Part shown: positions 40,161 to 54,339 of the stretch, in pieces | How positions within the stretch are numbered: the stretch's first letter is position 1 | Layout of the letters: each line of letters begins with the position of its first letter | Translations under genes and position numbers: made by a program | NCBI GenBank assembly: GCA_951406725.2 | Contig: OX597821.1 | Location: 117,118,001 to 117,182,000 of the forward strand | Length of the DNA stretch: 64,000 nucleotides | Direction of reading: 5' to 3' | Source of the DNA: Octopus vulgaris | Taxonomy: Eukaryota | The notes under the pieces: model-generated | Databases searched by the model: none | What the model was told of the DNA's origin: nothing | Seen by the model: the letters and a program-made list of their open reading frames with translations, nothing else

Positions 40161-40961
40161 GACGGGTTTCTTTTCAGTTTCCATCTACCAAATCCACTCA
40201 AAAGGCTTTGGTCAGCCCAAGGCTATAGTAGAAGACATCTGACTAAGGTGCCATGCAGTGGGACTGAACCTGGAACCATGTGGTTGGTAAGCAAGCTACT
40301 TACCACACAGCCACTCCTGCGCCTATTCCTAATATTATTAGGAATCGTATAATTAAGGCAGCGTGCTGGCAAAATTGTTAGCACACCAGGCAAAATGTTT
40401 AGCGGAATTTCACTTGTCACTATGATTTGAGTTCTAATTCCACCGAGGTCGACTTTGACTACCATCCTTTCAGGGCCAATTAATTAAGTACCAGCTATGT
40501 ACTGGGGTCGATGTAATCAACTAGTCCCCTCCCCCAAAATTTCAAGCTTTGTGCCTATAGTAGAAAGGATTGTTAGGAATTGTATAAAGAATCATTAAAA
40601 TATTTTGTGCATCGTAGAAGTACAACCAAATTATTGCAGATAAATTTCAATGACTAAATCTTATAGGGACCCCTAAAGGTCATAGTTGAAAAACCCAGTT
40701 GAAAAACCACTGATCTTATGTATCTTCATATTTGTTTTTATTGTTTAAGAAACAAGATTTGAGGTCAGAAGAACATGAGATGTGGTGAGGGAGGAGGTTT
40801 GAAACATATCCTGGTAAACCTGTATCAGGCCTTTCTTGTTCACTCACCCTTTGTTTCACATAAGATGGATGAATAAGAAACAGCAGAATCCCTCCCTACA
40901 GAAGTGAGACCCACAAAGCAATATTGTTCCCACATATTTTCTACCAATATACTTCACACAA

Positions 40962-41033
<72 letters not shown>

Positions 41034-41545
41034 CATCTATGAACCTAAGATGCTAACCTCTATGAAGGCACATGACCTTGTGGTTAGGGTGTTGCACTCA
41101 TGAATACAAGATCGTAGTTTCCTTTCCCTGGTTGAGTGGTGCATTGTGTTCTTGAGCAAAACACTTCACTTCACATTCCTCAGACCTACTCATCCGTAAA
41201 TGGGTAACAGACCTACAACAGACCTGTACCTCATCCAGGGGGAACGTTTGTGAATTGGGGCACTTTTATGCCATGGAAGTTGGGTAACAAGCCCTATGAG
41301 TCTTAGGACTTGAGGCAGTAGCATCCAGGAGTTGATGATAATCATGATTCTAATCACCGTATCACATACCTTCATCCAGAGTCAGATTAAAACTCATAGA
41401 GGCCCTTAGCATATGAAAAATTTTAGTGTCCCCCATATATTGTAATTCGAAATATGAACAATAATAAACCATAAAAATAAATTTTTATTTTTCAACATGA
41501 AACAAAATTAACAGAAAGATGGAAAATAATGTTTACTTTTGTATA

Positions 41546-42065
41546 CCGTAAATCCTCGTGTATAATCTGCATTTTTCCCCAAAATTTAAAGGTCAAAATC
41601 CCTAGTGCGTACTATATACGAGGTTAAAAATGAAAAATATTTTCTAAGCAATGTCCGAGTCTCTATTTTCTCTCTGGCAATGTTTATTCAGACACATTTT
41701 CTGATGTCGGGCACGAAGATACTTTAAGCTAAGCCTGAAAGCAATGAAGTCATAAAAAAATCATCCAAAACTTGCAGTAAGCAACATTTATTAAACATTA
41801 TTACTGTTATTACTGTTATTTCTTTATTTTCTGCAAACAAAATGCCCAAAAAAGCTACACGTTTGCATTATGTTATATATACAATAATAATAAAGAATGT
41901 AACCGTATACATTTTTACAAACCAAGGACGTTATATTGACCTCCTTGACTCAAGTTAGAGAAGGTGTGCGTATTATACACAAGGTTTAGGTTTTTCAGAA
42001 GTACAGCCCCCTAAAAATCCCCTGTGTATTATACTCTAGGGCGGACTCTACTCAAGGATTTACGG
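41546..42065. mobile_element. pogo/Tigger-type MITE
   Basis: TA-ccgtaaatcctcg ... caaggatttacgg-TA. Confidence 0.8.
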
Positions 42066-42199
42066 TAATTCCACTTCATTTATATTTGAAAGGTTTTCTC
42101 TTATCTTATTAATTGCAAAGTCTCTGATCAGATCCTCATTATGATACCATGAACACATTGAAATTATATTTCCAATCTTATAAACCACTTGGATTATTA

Positions 42200-42953
42200 C
42201 AGTATTTGATGGCCTATAAGATGCCCCCTTTTTTTTTTTTTTTTACCTAAAAATGACTAAAAATCCCCCTGTATCCAAAGCACTCAATGTAGGCTCAAAA
42301 CTAACTCAAAACGGTATGTTTACAAAACGTGTGCTGCCATCTATTGGTGAACAATCACCTACGGTATTCTTTTCTTTTTTCTTTTACTTGTTTCAGTCAT
42401 TTGACTGCGGCCATGCTGGAGCACCACCTTTAATAGAGCAACTCGACCCCGGGACTTATTCTTTTGTAAGCCCAGTACTTATTCTATCGGTCTCTTTTGC
42501 CGAACCGCTAAGTAACGGGGACATAAACACACCAGCATCGGTTGTCAAGCAATGCTAGGGGGACAAACACAGACACACAAACACACACACGCATATATAT
42601 ATATACATATATACGACGGGCTTCTTCCAGTTTCCGTCTACCAAATCCACTCACAAGGCTTTGGTTGGCCCGAGGCTATAGTAGAAGACGCTTGCCCAAG
42701 GTGCCACGCAGTGGGACTGAACCCGGAACCATGCGGTTGGTAAACAAGCTACTTACCACACAGCCACTCCTGTGCCTACAGGTATGTTTATATCGAATGT
42801 AGATGCAATAAATTGCTTATTATTACCGGTAATAACATAAAGTTATACAGGTAAGTTGAAGAATTAAAACTTTATTTTAGTGGTAATTTATTTTACACCC
42901 TAGGCCAGGGTGCGTCCTATGCACTGGTGCATCTTATAGGCCATCAAATACGG
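42200..42953. mobile_element. pogo/Tigger-type MITE with nested family A SINE
   Basis: cagtatttgatggcctataagatgc / gcatcttataggccatcaaatacgg. Confidence 0.8.
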
Positions 42954-43589
42954 TGTTTTAGCAAGTTTAAAGTGATTTCTTTTGTGATGTAGACCATTTA
43001 CCATTTCTGAGGTGACAATGGTTAATCCACTGTAATTAAGTAATTGCCATGTTCAATGCTCAACTCAGTCTACTAATCTACCACGTTTGTTTTAATTAAT
43101 TTTCCAATGGCATAAATACCTGGTGAGTTGAATGCAGTGTCCCCAATCGAAACTATTTTTTATTTCACTTGTAATGACAAAATATATAGTTGGTTGATAG
43201 AACAAAAATCTGTGTCAAGTCCTTACACAAAAAATATTTATCAACCGTTAACAAAAAATATTCATATCAAGTGAACCATTTCGTGTATGTCTCAGATGAG
43301 AGGTATCTGTGTCAGCAATGATGGTAGATTGTTAAAGATGTAATCAAGTAACCAGGTGAGAGGTATAATTTCCAGCAGCAAGTTGACTTTAGCTGTTTCC
43401 CAACCATGTGGCTGCGTGGTAAGAAGCTTGCTTTCCTAATGACATGATTCTGGGTTCAATCCCTCTGTGAGACATTTTGGGTAAGTGTCTTCTACTATAG
43501 CCCTGGGTTTACCAAGCTTTTGTGAGTGGATTTGGTAGATGGAAACTGAAAGAAGCCCATAGTATGTATATAATATATATATATAGCCA

Positions 43590-43760
43590 CTACACACATT
43601 TTTTTCTCTCCTTGTTTTTTTCTGTGTCACTTTCTGTTGAAGAGCATAGGCTCGAAATGTAAAAGACTTTTTCTATTCCTGAGTGTTATACTAATACATA
43701 TGTTTGTTTTGTACACCACCTGTCTTTGTCTTTTGTTTGTTTTTTATGTGAACTCTCCCT
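43590..43760 (+). mobile_element. (TA)n-associated element with a variant hammerhead-like motif
   Basis: cttt-CTGTTGA-agagcataggctc-GAAAT-GTA-aaag at 43630-43665 (core A6 altered); related copy at 53183-53218. Confidence 0.45.
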
Positions 43761-44050
43761 ATATATATATATATATATATATACTATATAATTAGGGTTC
43801 AGCAACGATTTGCTTCACCACACACCGAAGTTTAGAAATAGCAGTCAAAAAATCTTAGCTATTCCTTCTACTTTAAAGGGAGTTCCCAGAGAAACCAAAG
43901 CCTTACTCTCATTCATTTTTTTGAATTTGGCGGCACTAGCACGGAATATGATCTCTCTGATACCATTAGGTGAAGTGATGGTTTCTAATGCCTTCAAATT
44001 TAATATGCAATTATTAATAATTGAGATACAATTATTTATAGTTGAGGAAT

Positions 44051-44152
44051 CCTACGCTGAAGAGACGAAAATAGTCGGATAAGGTATAATTATTTATTAT
44101 TTATGCTTTATACTGACTTATGCTTTATACTGACGAAACGCGCGTCCGTAGG
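44051..44152 (+). ncRNA. Type-I hammerhead ribozyme motif (best-preserved core in the window)
   Basis: cctacg-CTGAAGA-g...c-GAAAC-GCGC-GTC-cgtagg: perfect 6-bp stem I, palindromic loop 3, GUC cleavage triplet; lies between 121-bp inverted arms at 43781-43901 and 44217-44337. Confidence 0.85.
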
Positions 44153-44768
44153 TAACCTAATATAGAATGATTTTCGTCATTTTTTTCCCCGTTGCCTGCG
44201 TGGTTTGTTTTCGGGTGCTTTGGTTTTTCTGGGAACACCCTTTAAAGTAGAAGGAATAGCTAAGATTTTTTGACTGCTATTTCTAAACCTCGGTGTGTGT
44301 TGAAGCAAATCGTTGCTGAACCCTAATTATATAGTATTACTTAAACTTACCATGAAATGGTCTTTTTTCATGCCGAATTCTACTTGGTGAAATTATTGAT
44401 TACTTCTTAATTAATTAATTTCACCCTTTATTATTATTATATATATATATATATATATATACGACAGGCACCCTTGCCAACCCCCTTTGCTTGTGAAGAC
44501 ATGTTGGGGCAAGCGAAATCGAAATCGAATTGAACCAGCCAGGATCCCTGGTCTGGTGGTATGTAAAAAGCACTATCCGACTCGTGGCCGATGCCAGCAC
44601 CGCCTCGACTGGCTTCCGTGCCGGTGGCACATAAAATACACCAATCTGACCTGGCCGTGTGCCCCACTGAGAGTATAACTTAAACTTACCATGAAATGGT
44701 CTTTTTTCATGCCAAATTCTACTTGGTGAAATTATTGATTACTTCTTAATTAATTAATTTCACCCTTT

Positions 44769-44830
<62 letters not shown>

Positions 44831-45712
44831 CATCATTGTTTAACGTCTGCTTTCCATGCTAGCATGGGCTGGACGATTTGACTGAGGGCTGACGAACCAG
44901 ATGGCTGCACCAGGCTCCAATCTTGATCTGGCAGAGTTTCTACAGCTGGATGAGCCTTCCTAATGCCAACCACTCCGAAAGTGTAGTGGGTGCTTTTACG
45001 TGCCACCATATATATATATATATATATGACTGTGTGTCGTTGTGTCTGTGTTTGTCCTCCCCTCACCACTTGACAACTGGTAATGATGTGTTTGCATACC
45101 TGTAACTTAGCAATTCAGCAAAAGAGACTGATAGAATAAATACCAGGCTTATAAAAAAAGTACTGGTGTTGATTTATTCAACAAAAGAATTCTTCAAGGC
45201 GGTGCCCCAGCATGGCCACAGTCTAATGACTGAAACAAGTAAAACATAAAAAATATAGGCGCAGGAGTGGCTGTGTGGTAAGTAGCTTGCTTACCAACCA
45301 CATGGTTCCGGGTTCAGTCCCACTGCGTGGCACCTTGGGCAAGTATCTTCTACTATAGCCTTGGGCTGACCAAAGCCTTGTGAGTGGATTTGGTAGACAG
45401 AAACTGAAAGAAGCCTGTCGTATATATGCTTATATATATGTATGTGTGAGTGTATGTTTATATGTCTGTATTTGTCCCCTGCCCCCAATGTCGCTTGACA
45501 ACCAATGCTGGTGTGTTTATGTCCCCGTAATTTAGCGGTTCGGCAAAAAGAGACCGATAGAATAAGTACTAGGCTTCCAAAGAATAAGTCCTGGGGTCGA
45601 TTTGCTCGACTAAATGTGGTGCTCCAGCATGGCCACAGTCTAATGACTGAAACAAGTAAAAGAGTAAGAGTACATATATACAAGAGTTATGGAATGGAAT
45701 ATGAAAGATCCA

Positions 45713-45795
45713 GGCTACATTTGTTTCATAGCGAGTGGAACCTCAAAAATGATAAGATCTACGTGAGGTGTATACTGCTGGCTACTCTTCAGGTC
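45713..45795 (-). ncRNA. Type-I hammerhead motif, left arm of a fold-back element
   Basis: Minus strand gac-CTGAAGA-gtagc...gctat-GAAAC-aaat-GTA-gcc. Confidence 0.7.
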
Positions 45796-45919
45796 AAGGA
45801 CATCTAGATTAGATTAAAGGTCACCTTTGTCATAAGGAGGTACATGTTGATGAATCTTCCTTGTGTCAACATGTACCTCCTTGTGGCAATGTAACCTTTA
45901 ATCTAATCAAAATGTCATT

Positions 45920-46002
45920 GGCCTGAAGAGTAGCTGGCAGTAGACACTTCACTTAGATCTTACCATTTCTGAGGTTCTGCTCACTATGAAACATATGTAG
46001 CC
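45920..46002 (+). ncRNA. Type-I hammerhead motif, right arm of a fold-back element
   Basis: ggc-CTGAAGA-gtag...ctat-GAAAC-ATAT-GTA-gcc. Confidence 0.8.
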
Positions 46003-46250
46003 CAGATCTTTCTTATTCCATTCCGTAACTCTTGTATTCTTATTTGCACATCTGGCAACCCTGGTCACCTACTATGGTATATAAAAAGAACTTTTTTCGT
46101 ACTTCAATACGAAAAAAATCCACAACCTTCCGTTTCAATTAACCACTATTGTCCCTGAGTGTTGTTCTTTATATTTACTATGGATTGCTTGAAGCTAACT
46201 TTCTTCCTACACCTCGATCCCTGTGTCTTACATTTATATACGTACATATA

Positions 46251-46287
<37 letters not shown>

Positions 46288-46734
46288 GGCATCCGTAGTA
46301 GTGGAACGCTAAGAGCACCATCCGAGCGTGATCATTGCCAGTGCTGCTCCCTGGCTCCCATGCCAGTGGTACGTAAAAAGCACCATTCAAGCATGATCTT
46401 TACCATTGTCACCTTACTGGCACATGAAAAACATCATTCAAGCGAGGTCGTTACCAGTGCTGCTGGACTGGCTCCTGTGCAAGTGACATGTAAAAAACCC
46501 CATTTAACCATGGCCATTGCCAGTACTGCCTGACTGGCCCTTGTACCTGTGGCATGTAAAAGCACCCACTGCACTCTCGTAGTGATTGGCGTTAGGAAGG
46601 GCATCCAGCTGTAGAAACTCTGCCAGATCAGATTGGAGCCTGGTGCAGCCATCTGGCTCACCAGTCCTCAGTCAAACCGTCCAACCCATCCATGCCAGCA
46701 TGGAAAGTGTACGTTAAACAATGATGATGATGAT

Positions 46735-46782
<48 letters not shown>

Positions 46783-47413
46783 CTTATAGTCTGTCAAAGA
46801 AAAGGTGCCAAAGACAAAATTGTTAACGACATTCTAATATGCTGTTCCCATCTGGGATTTTAACAAGTTAACCATCAGGTGGTTCTATTGTATTTTTACT
46901 GGTCAGCCCAGCTATGATAAAAACAAGTTCTTTATGTTTCTATCAGAGATGTTAATGGTTAGTTGCTTGCTGAAATCATCAGTCACTAACAAAATCCTGT
47001 TTTAGAATTCAGTTGTTTTCACCTCCAAACACAGTGATCCGAGCAGTGAGTTGGTGCTTGAGACTCTGCCAACATTCAAGTTACACATCCATAAGCTAAA
47101 GACAATGAGCTAAGTTCGTTACCTTTAACGTATGGACTGAATACTTCCCAGAATCTTAACATGGTGTCAATTTATTCAAATTCCACTCTGATAAACTCAG
47201 CCTTTCATCTAATCAGGTTTGTTGCTACTGGGTGGTTCCAGATAACATTCCTCTACCACAAAGACAACTGATTGAGTTACTTAGGTGCCCTTGATAGTCC
47301 CATCAAATGCTTCCTCTGAAAGGAAGAATAAATTTTTGAAATTTTATGCCTAAATTATTGCTAATTGCAATCTGCAGAACATTTTTTGCATTGTGTATGT
47401 ATTATATGTATTA

Positions 47414-48989
47414 CTAGCAGTATCGCCCGGCGTTGCTCGGGTTTGTAAGGGAAATAACTATATAAGCATTTTTAGTGAGTTATAGCAAAAAAATGCATTA
47501 AAAATGGAATAAAAAATGATGGTAATTTTTTTTTTAAATCGTTAACTCATCGTAGACATTTTTAGAGAGTTACTTCCCTTATATAATAGCGAAAAAATGC
47601 ATTAAAATGGAAAAAAATGATGGTAAATTTTTTTTAAATCGTAGACTCATCGTAGACGCGCGCTAATACCCAGAAGGGCTCGATATGAATCACGACTATA
47701 AGATACCCGGTTTTGGTTAAACTGCACCGCAAAATGTGGGAGTAGTTAGGAATCTAAATCATAGGAGACAGACACACAACTTCACTTTCATATATAAAGA
47801 TTTGTGCAACAACTAAAACATTCGGTTTTTGCCGTTTTTGTGGATCTGTTTCAGCTTTTTTAGCAATTTCTGTTTTGGCGACTTCAAGCCATGAAGTCAT
47901 TGTTCTAAAAGAACGCTGGTCTCCTTGACAACGCTTTATGACGTTGATTTCCCTACCCTGCCTTCCCCACAGCTTCACGAGGGAGGGAAGAAGGGGAGGA
48001 GCTACACAGGTGCAGGTGCGAGCATGAACGCCAACGCCGCCACCGACACACGAAAAAATTGGAAGAACCCAGACGACAGCTTCAGCCACCACCACCACCA
48101 CCACCACCACCACCACCATCACCACTACCACCATGACCACCACCACCACTACGCTCATGACCATCACCACCACCATCACGAAGACCACCACGACGACCAC
48201 CACCACCACCACCACCATCATCACCACAACCACGACCACCACCATCATCACCACCCCCACCACCACGATCACCACCACCACCACCACCACCACCACCACA
48301 AACACGACGACCACCACTACCAGCACCACCGCCACCACCGCCTCCACCACCACCATACTATGCCTCTGCTCTCTCCTTTTGGCTACTAAATCCATTACCA
48401 TATTTCACAAGTACCATCGCCATACAATATTGCCTTCAAAAGTTTGTTTGGATAATATTTTTTAAGTAAAAGTTGTGCAACAACTATAACATTCGGTTGT
48501 GCAAATTCTTTGCACGGGAAACCTTCCCTGTGTGGCGTGTTTCCCGATTTTGTAGAATTTGCTTTCGGGCTTTCTTAGCCATTTCTGTTTTGGTGTCTTC
48601 AAGCCATGAAGTCGTTGTTCTAAAAGAACGCTGGTCTCCTTGACAACGCTTTACGACGTTGATTTCCTTACACTCCCTTCCCCACAGCTTCACGAGGGTG
48701 GGAAGAAGGGGGAGAAGCAACACAGGTGCAGGTGTGAGCATGGACGCCAACTCCGCCGCCTTCCCTTTATTAAAAAAAATATGCGTTAAAATGGAAAAAA
48801 ATTATGGTAGATTATTTTTAAAATCGTAGACTCATCGTAGACGCGCGCTAATACCCAGACGGGCTCGATATGAATCACGACTATAAGATACCCGAATTTG
48901 GTGAAACTGCACCGCAAAATGTGGGAGTAGTTAGGAATCTAAATCGTAGGAGACAGACACTCACACAACTTCACTTTTATATATATAGA
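47414..48989 (-). mobile_element. Composite non-autonomous Helitron
   Basis: Minus-strand 5' A|TCtatatatataaaagtg at 48989; 3' hairpin cccgagcaacgccggg plus CTAG|T at 47414; second internal 5' end at 47800; duplicated internal module around (CAC)n. Confidence 0.8.
48085..48356. repeat. Degenerate (CAC)n trinucleotide array
   Basis: Seen directly; gives poly-His, poly-Thr and poly-Val pseudo-ORFs. Confidence 0.95.
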
Positions 48990-49274
48990 TAACAAAAGTC
49001 AGGATGTGTGGTGTTCAGTTAATCCCCAAATGAAAAATGCCTTAAATACTACAAAACGTACACGTAGGACAGATTCAAGGACCCTAATTCTTCAGTTATT
49101 GACCAAAAATACTAATACCCAGTTTCGTACCATTAACGATAAGACTGAGAATTTCGTATATCGGCGGCACCCGCAAGATTTGCGGCTGGAGCAAACAAAC
49201 GATACATGGTGGACATACGAAAGTAAACAAATGTAATTTGAAACGATAGACGAAGACAATAAATAAAACCTTAC

Positions 49275-49340
49275 GGCCAAACACGAGGATGGCGGATTAA
49301 CGCCTGGAAGAAGCCATCAAATGGAGAACGAGATTGGTGA
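49275..49340 (-). promoter_or_regulatory. Candidate promoter and short non-coding first exon
   Basis: Non-repetitive CpG-retaining patch; CCAAT at 49337-49333; YY1-like ccgccatc at 49295-49288; donor CC|gtaagg at 49274. Confidence 0.4.
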
Positions 49341-50910
49341 GAGGAGAAAAAGTTGAGGAAAAAGAGAGAAAACTTTTGGTCAATAACTAAGGAAGAATTA
49401 GGGTCCTTGTGTCTGTCCTACATATATACATATAACATTGGTTTCAAATTTTGGCACCAGGCCAGCAATTTCAGGGGAGGAGATAAGACGATTATATCAA
49501 CCCAAGTGCTTGACAGGGACTTATTTCATCGACCCCAAACTCAACCTTTGCAGTATTTGAACTCAGAATGCAAAGACGGACGAAATGTTGCTAAGCCTTT
49601 TTGCCTGGCCTGCTAACGATTCTGCCATCTCACTACCTTATAATAATTATATTGATAATAATTAAATTAAATATCATGTACTTTAATTGTGTTTTGTTAA
49701 GCGTTTGATGCCTCAGTCTATTGAAAAAATTGCTGTGTATGAAGCTGATCCTTGGTGCAAAAAACAGTAGGGGACTGAAGCGAAGGAAAAGAAGGGTCCT
49801 ACGCATTCAAAAGATGTCAATTGACAATAAGCTTAAAGGAGAGAATATCAGAGACCAGAGGAAAATAGGACGATGATAAATACACACACACAGTCATATT
49901 CATATACGCACACGCAAACATGTATTCACATAAACATACACTCATCCAAAATCACGCAATCACATATACATACATACACACACACACACATACACAAGCA
50001 CATACATGCACTCAAATGAACACACACTCACATATGCATACATACACACATAAACACACACAGAGGAACAGACACAAGAGATACAGCCATTCGTCCCACC
50101 CTCAGCTTCCCATATTCTCTCACTGTCTCTTCTTCACAATCCCAGCACACACACACACACAAATATGTCAGATAAGTACTCAGCAGGGACATGGCTTTCA
50201 TTTTACTCCCTTCCTTTTCTAAATCTCATCCTCCCTTTCTTATTGTCCTCTATAAGTTCCCAGCACTTTTGTAGGCCGTGCCCCACTTCTCTCACTTTCT
50301 CTCTCCCTCTTAGACTAAATTCTTTGAATGGAATATTTACAAACACAAAATATTTTCATAAGATTTTTTTTTAACATTCCATATTTCTGACAAAACCCTT
50401 TCTCAAATTTTCTCGAGATTAGAAACAAACTTTTTTCTGATGAGAGAAAAAAAAACAACCACAAGGATATGAAAAATGAATGAAACTCTATCTTTTTCAG
50501 CGAATTTTTTTGTTTATTTCTCATTGAATAAAAATATTTCTTCTGTTTTTCTGTTCAGTGAGGGGTAAACTAAGATTAAAAGATGGAAAGGCTTGTGTTT
50601 TTAAAAGACTATCAGTACATCTAACATCTAACATCGTCGTCGTTTAAACATCCACAATTCCATGCTTGCATGGGTCAGACAGATGTCATTGAGGCAGATT
50701 TTCCACAGTCAGATGTCCTTCCTGTTTCCATACAAGGTAATATTTCCTCCATGGCCAGACCAGTTTTCATGGCAGATTGGAAACGAAGGACACCATTTGC
50801 TTGATGGTGATGTTTGTTTATAACGATCGCATGAAGTCAAACCACTTCAGACAGCAACATACACACAGCCTTTCCATATCTGAACGTACACAAGCATATT
50901 AAATATTATT

Positions 50911-51428
<518 letters not shown>

Positions 51429-52171
51429 CTCCCTCCCCCCCTCTCTCTACTCTTAAAGTTTCACATTCCTGGGACTTGTTTGTTGTGTTAATAGCATTTG
51501 CCTTTCTGGTTTCTGGTGCTGAAGAGGAGATAACAACTCCAAAATGCATGCATCGAGCAGTCAGTTTAGGGGATGCTGTGAACTGACTCAATGTATTTTC
51601 ACTTATTTGTCTACAGTGAGAAATTTTCTCCATCACAAAATACTGTGAATTTCTTACTTACATCAGCATCATCACCATCATTGTTTAACGCCCACTTTCC
51701 ATGCTGGCACGGGTTGGAGGATTTGACTGAGGACTGTCTCAGGGATATTTGAACTGGTAACGAGTTTGTAGTTATTCACATCACTGCATAGCACTATCAC
51801 CCCATATAAATATACATATGTATGTATGTTTTTATGTATGTATGCATATATGGGTTTAGGACGTCACCAACTATGTAAACAACATGAAGTACGGAAACAA
51901 GCAAGTGAAATACACAAACTACAAGAGGAAAAAATGGAAAACAGGACAAGTAACACAGAGAATGACCCTTCATCAGATGTCGGCTGTCTATCTGCTCCAT
52001 ATTTCAAGTAATATATATGAGAGGCATTGGTATCCAGAAGCTTTATATATTTTTATTTCTATTTCTACATTCATTCTTCTATTTCCCTGTATGCTCCTTA
52101 TTTCCTTCCTTTTACAAAATAACTCCTTATACTGAACTCTACTATTTCCCTCTAGTTAACTCTCTCATATT

Positions 52172-52219
52172 GTTTCTGATGAAGTGATATCCCTGATATC
52201 CCAGAAACAGCTGTAAGAC
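52172..52219 (+). ncRNA. Compact type-I hammerhead motif
   Basis: gttt-CTGATGA-agtgatatc-cct-gatatccca-GAAAC-AGCT-GTA-agac; palindromic loop 3; base of stem II mismatched. Confidence 0.7.
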
Positions 52220-54339
52220 TACCTTTCTCTTTATAAATGTCCGGAAAATTCCACACAACCTTGGTTTTGTTGTCTGATTTTATTTAGCACACACACACAC
52301 ACATACACACACACACACACATGCATAGATAGATAGATAAATATTTAATTAGAGGTTGTGTTAACCTCATGAAGGGATGGTTTCATCCAACGAAATAGTT
52401 TCAATACTTAGTATTTTGGGGGAATAAATTTCCTTAAAATAATAGGTACTAATAGGTGTATATATAAAAACATATCTCTTTCTTTTCTCTCTCTTTTTAC
52501 TTGTTTCAGTCATTTGACTGCGGCCATACTGGAGCACTGCCTTTAATCGAGCAACTCGACCCCGGGACTTATTCTTTTGTAAGCCCAGTACTTATTCTAT
52601 CGGTCTCTTTTGCCGAACCGCTAAGTAACAGGGACATAAACACACCAGCATCGGTTGTCAAGCAATGCTAGGGGGACAAACACAGACACACAAACACACA
52701 CACATACATATATATATATACATATATACGACGGGCTTCTTTCAGTTTCCGTCTACCAAATCCACTCACAAGGCATTGGTCGGCCCGGGGCTATAGCAGA
52801 AGACACTTGCCCAAGATGCCACGCAGTGGGACTGAACCTGGAACCATGTGGTTGGTTAGCAAGCTACTTACCACACCACCACTCCATATAAAAGCAGAAG
52901 AAAATGGAGATTGTGAAGTTAATAATTATTTATTGTTAACAGCAAATTGGTCATTTTCACTTACAGCTGTTTCAGTCGATTCTCAATAAACATTAAATTT
53001 ACATTGATGTGACATGAGCTTAATATCATCTTTTTTCTTTCCTCTGATGATATTATGCTCATGTTGCATAAATGGAAATATATATATATACACATAGATA
53101 CATAGATAGATATATTGTCGTGTTGGTCCGCTGAACTCTACACACTTTTTTTTATTCTCTCTCTATTTATTTCCTCTTCTTCCTTTCTGTTGAGGGATGT
53201 AGGCTCGAAATGTAAAAGACTTTTCCATTTTTCTCGAGTGTCAAACTAATACACTTGCTTGTTATTCCTACACTTGATTTTGTCTTTTATTTTTCTATAA
53301 ATTTCAACTATATATGTGACCGACATTTAACGATGATGATGATGATATATATATATATATATATATATACATAAAAAGCACCATTCGTTCGTGGCCGTTT
53401 GCCAGCTCTGTCTGGCACCTGTGCGGGTGGCACGTAAAAAGCACCCACTACACTCACGGAGTGGTTGGCGTTAGGAAGGGCATCCAGCCGTAGAAACACT
53501 GCCAGATCTGACTGGGCCTGATGAAGCCTTCTGGCTTCACAGACCCCAGTTGAACCGTCCAACCCATGCTAGCATGGAAAACGGACGCTAAACGATGATG
53601 ATGATTGGTTATCTTTGGCTGTAAGAAGCAAAGATGACCAATTTTTTGTTAATAATAAACAATTGTTAACTTCCGTATCTCCATTTTCTTTTCAATGGAT
53701 ATACACTATATGCTTTATATCTACCAATTGTTTTAAAGGAATTCCATTTCCCCAAAAGACTAGGTATTGAACCAGTACTTCCTTAGATGCAACCATCCCT
53801 TCACGAAGTTAACCTATCCTCTAATTAAATATTATATATGTATGTGTGTGTGTGTGTAGTCCAACTAATTTGGAAAGGAATTAGTGTAGATGTGATGCAG
53901 TTTGATTTTGGATCAGGAAGAACAGCAGATATTCTCTTTATAGTGAGGCAAAAGCAGAAGTATTTAACCAAAAATATAACCACTGGGATGAGGTGTTGAA
54001 GCATGACTTTCGAAGGTTGGGCCTCATAGAAGCAATGACAAGCAACCGAGACCTTTGGAGATATGCTGTGCTTGAGAAAACCTATAGTCAGGTAAAAATC
54101 ACTGTCATGGCTGATGCCAGTGCCACTTGACTGGCACCCATGCTGGTGGCACATAAAAAGCACCCACTATACTTTCAGAGTGGTTGGCATTAGCAAGGGC
54201 ATCCAGCTGTAGAAACCTTGCCAGAACAGATTGGAGCCTGGTGCAGCCGCATGGCTTGCCAGCCCCCAGTCAAACCGTCCAACCCATGGCAGCATGGAAA
54301 GCAGACGTTAAACGATGATGAGGAGGAGGAGGAGGAGGA

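Noticed and set aside
47925-48389. 154-aa His-rich ORF (and overlapping poly-Val and poly-Thr ORFs)
   Set aside because: Product of a (CAC)n array inside a Helitron; several frames are open simply because the repeat lacks stops
51960-52010. Minus-strand GAAA...CTGATGA order suggesting a type-II hammerhead
   Set aside because: No convincing stem I, stem III or cleavage triplet
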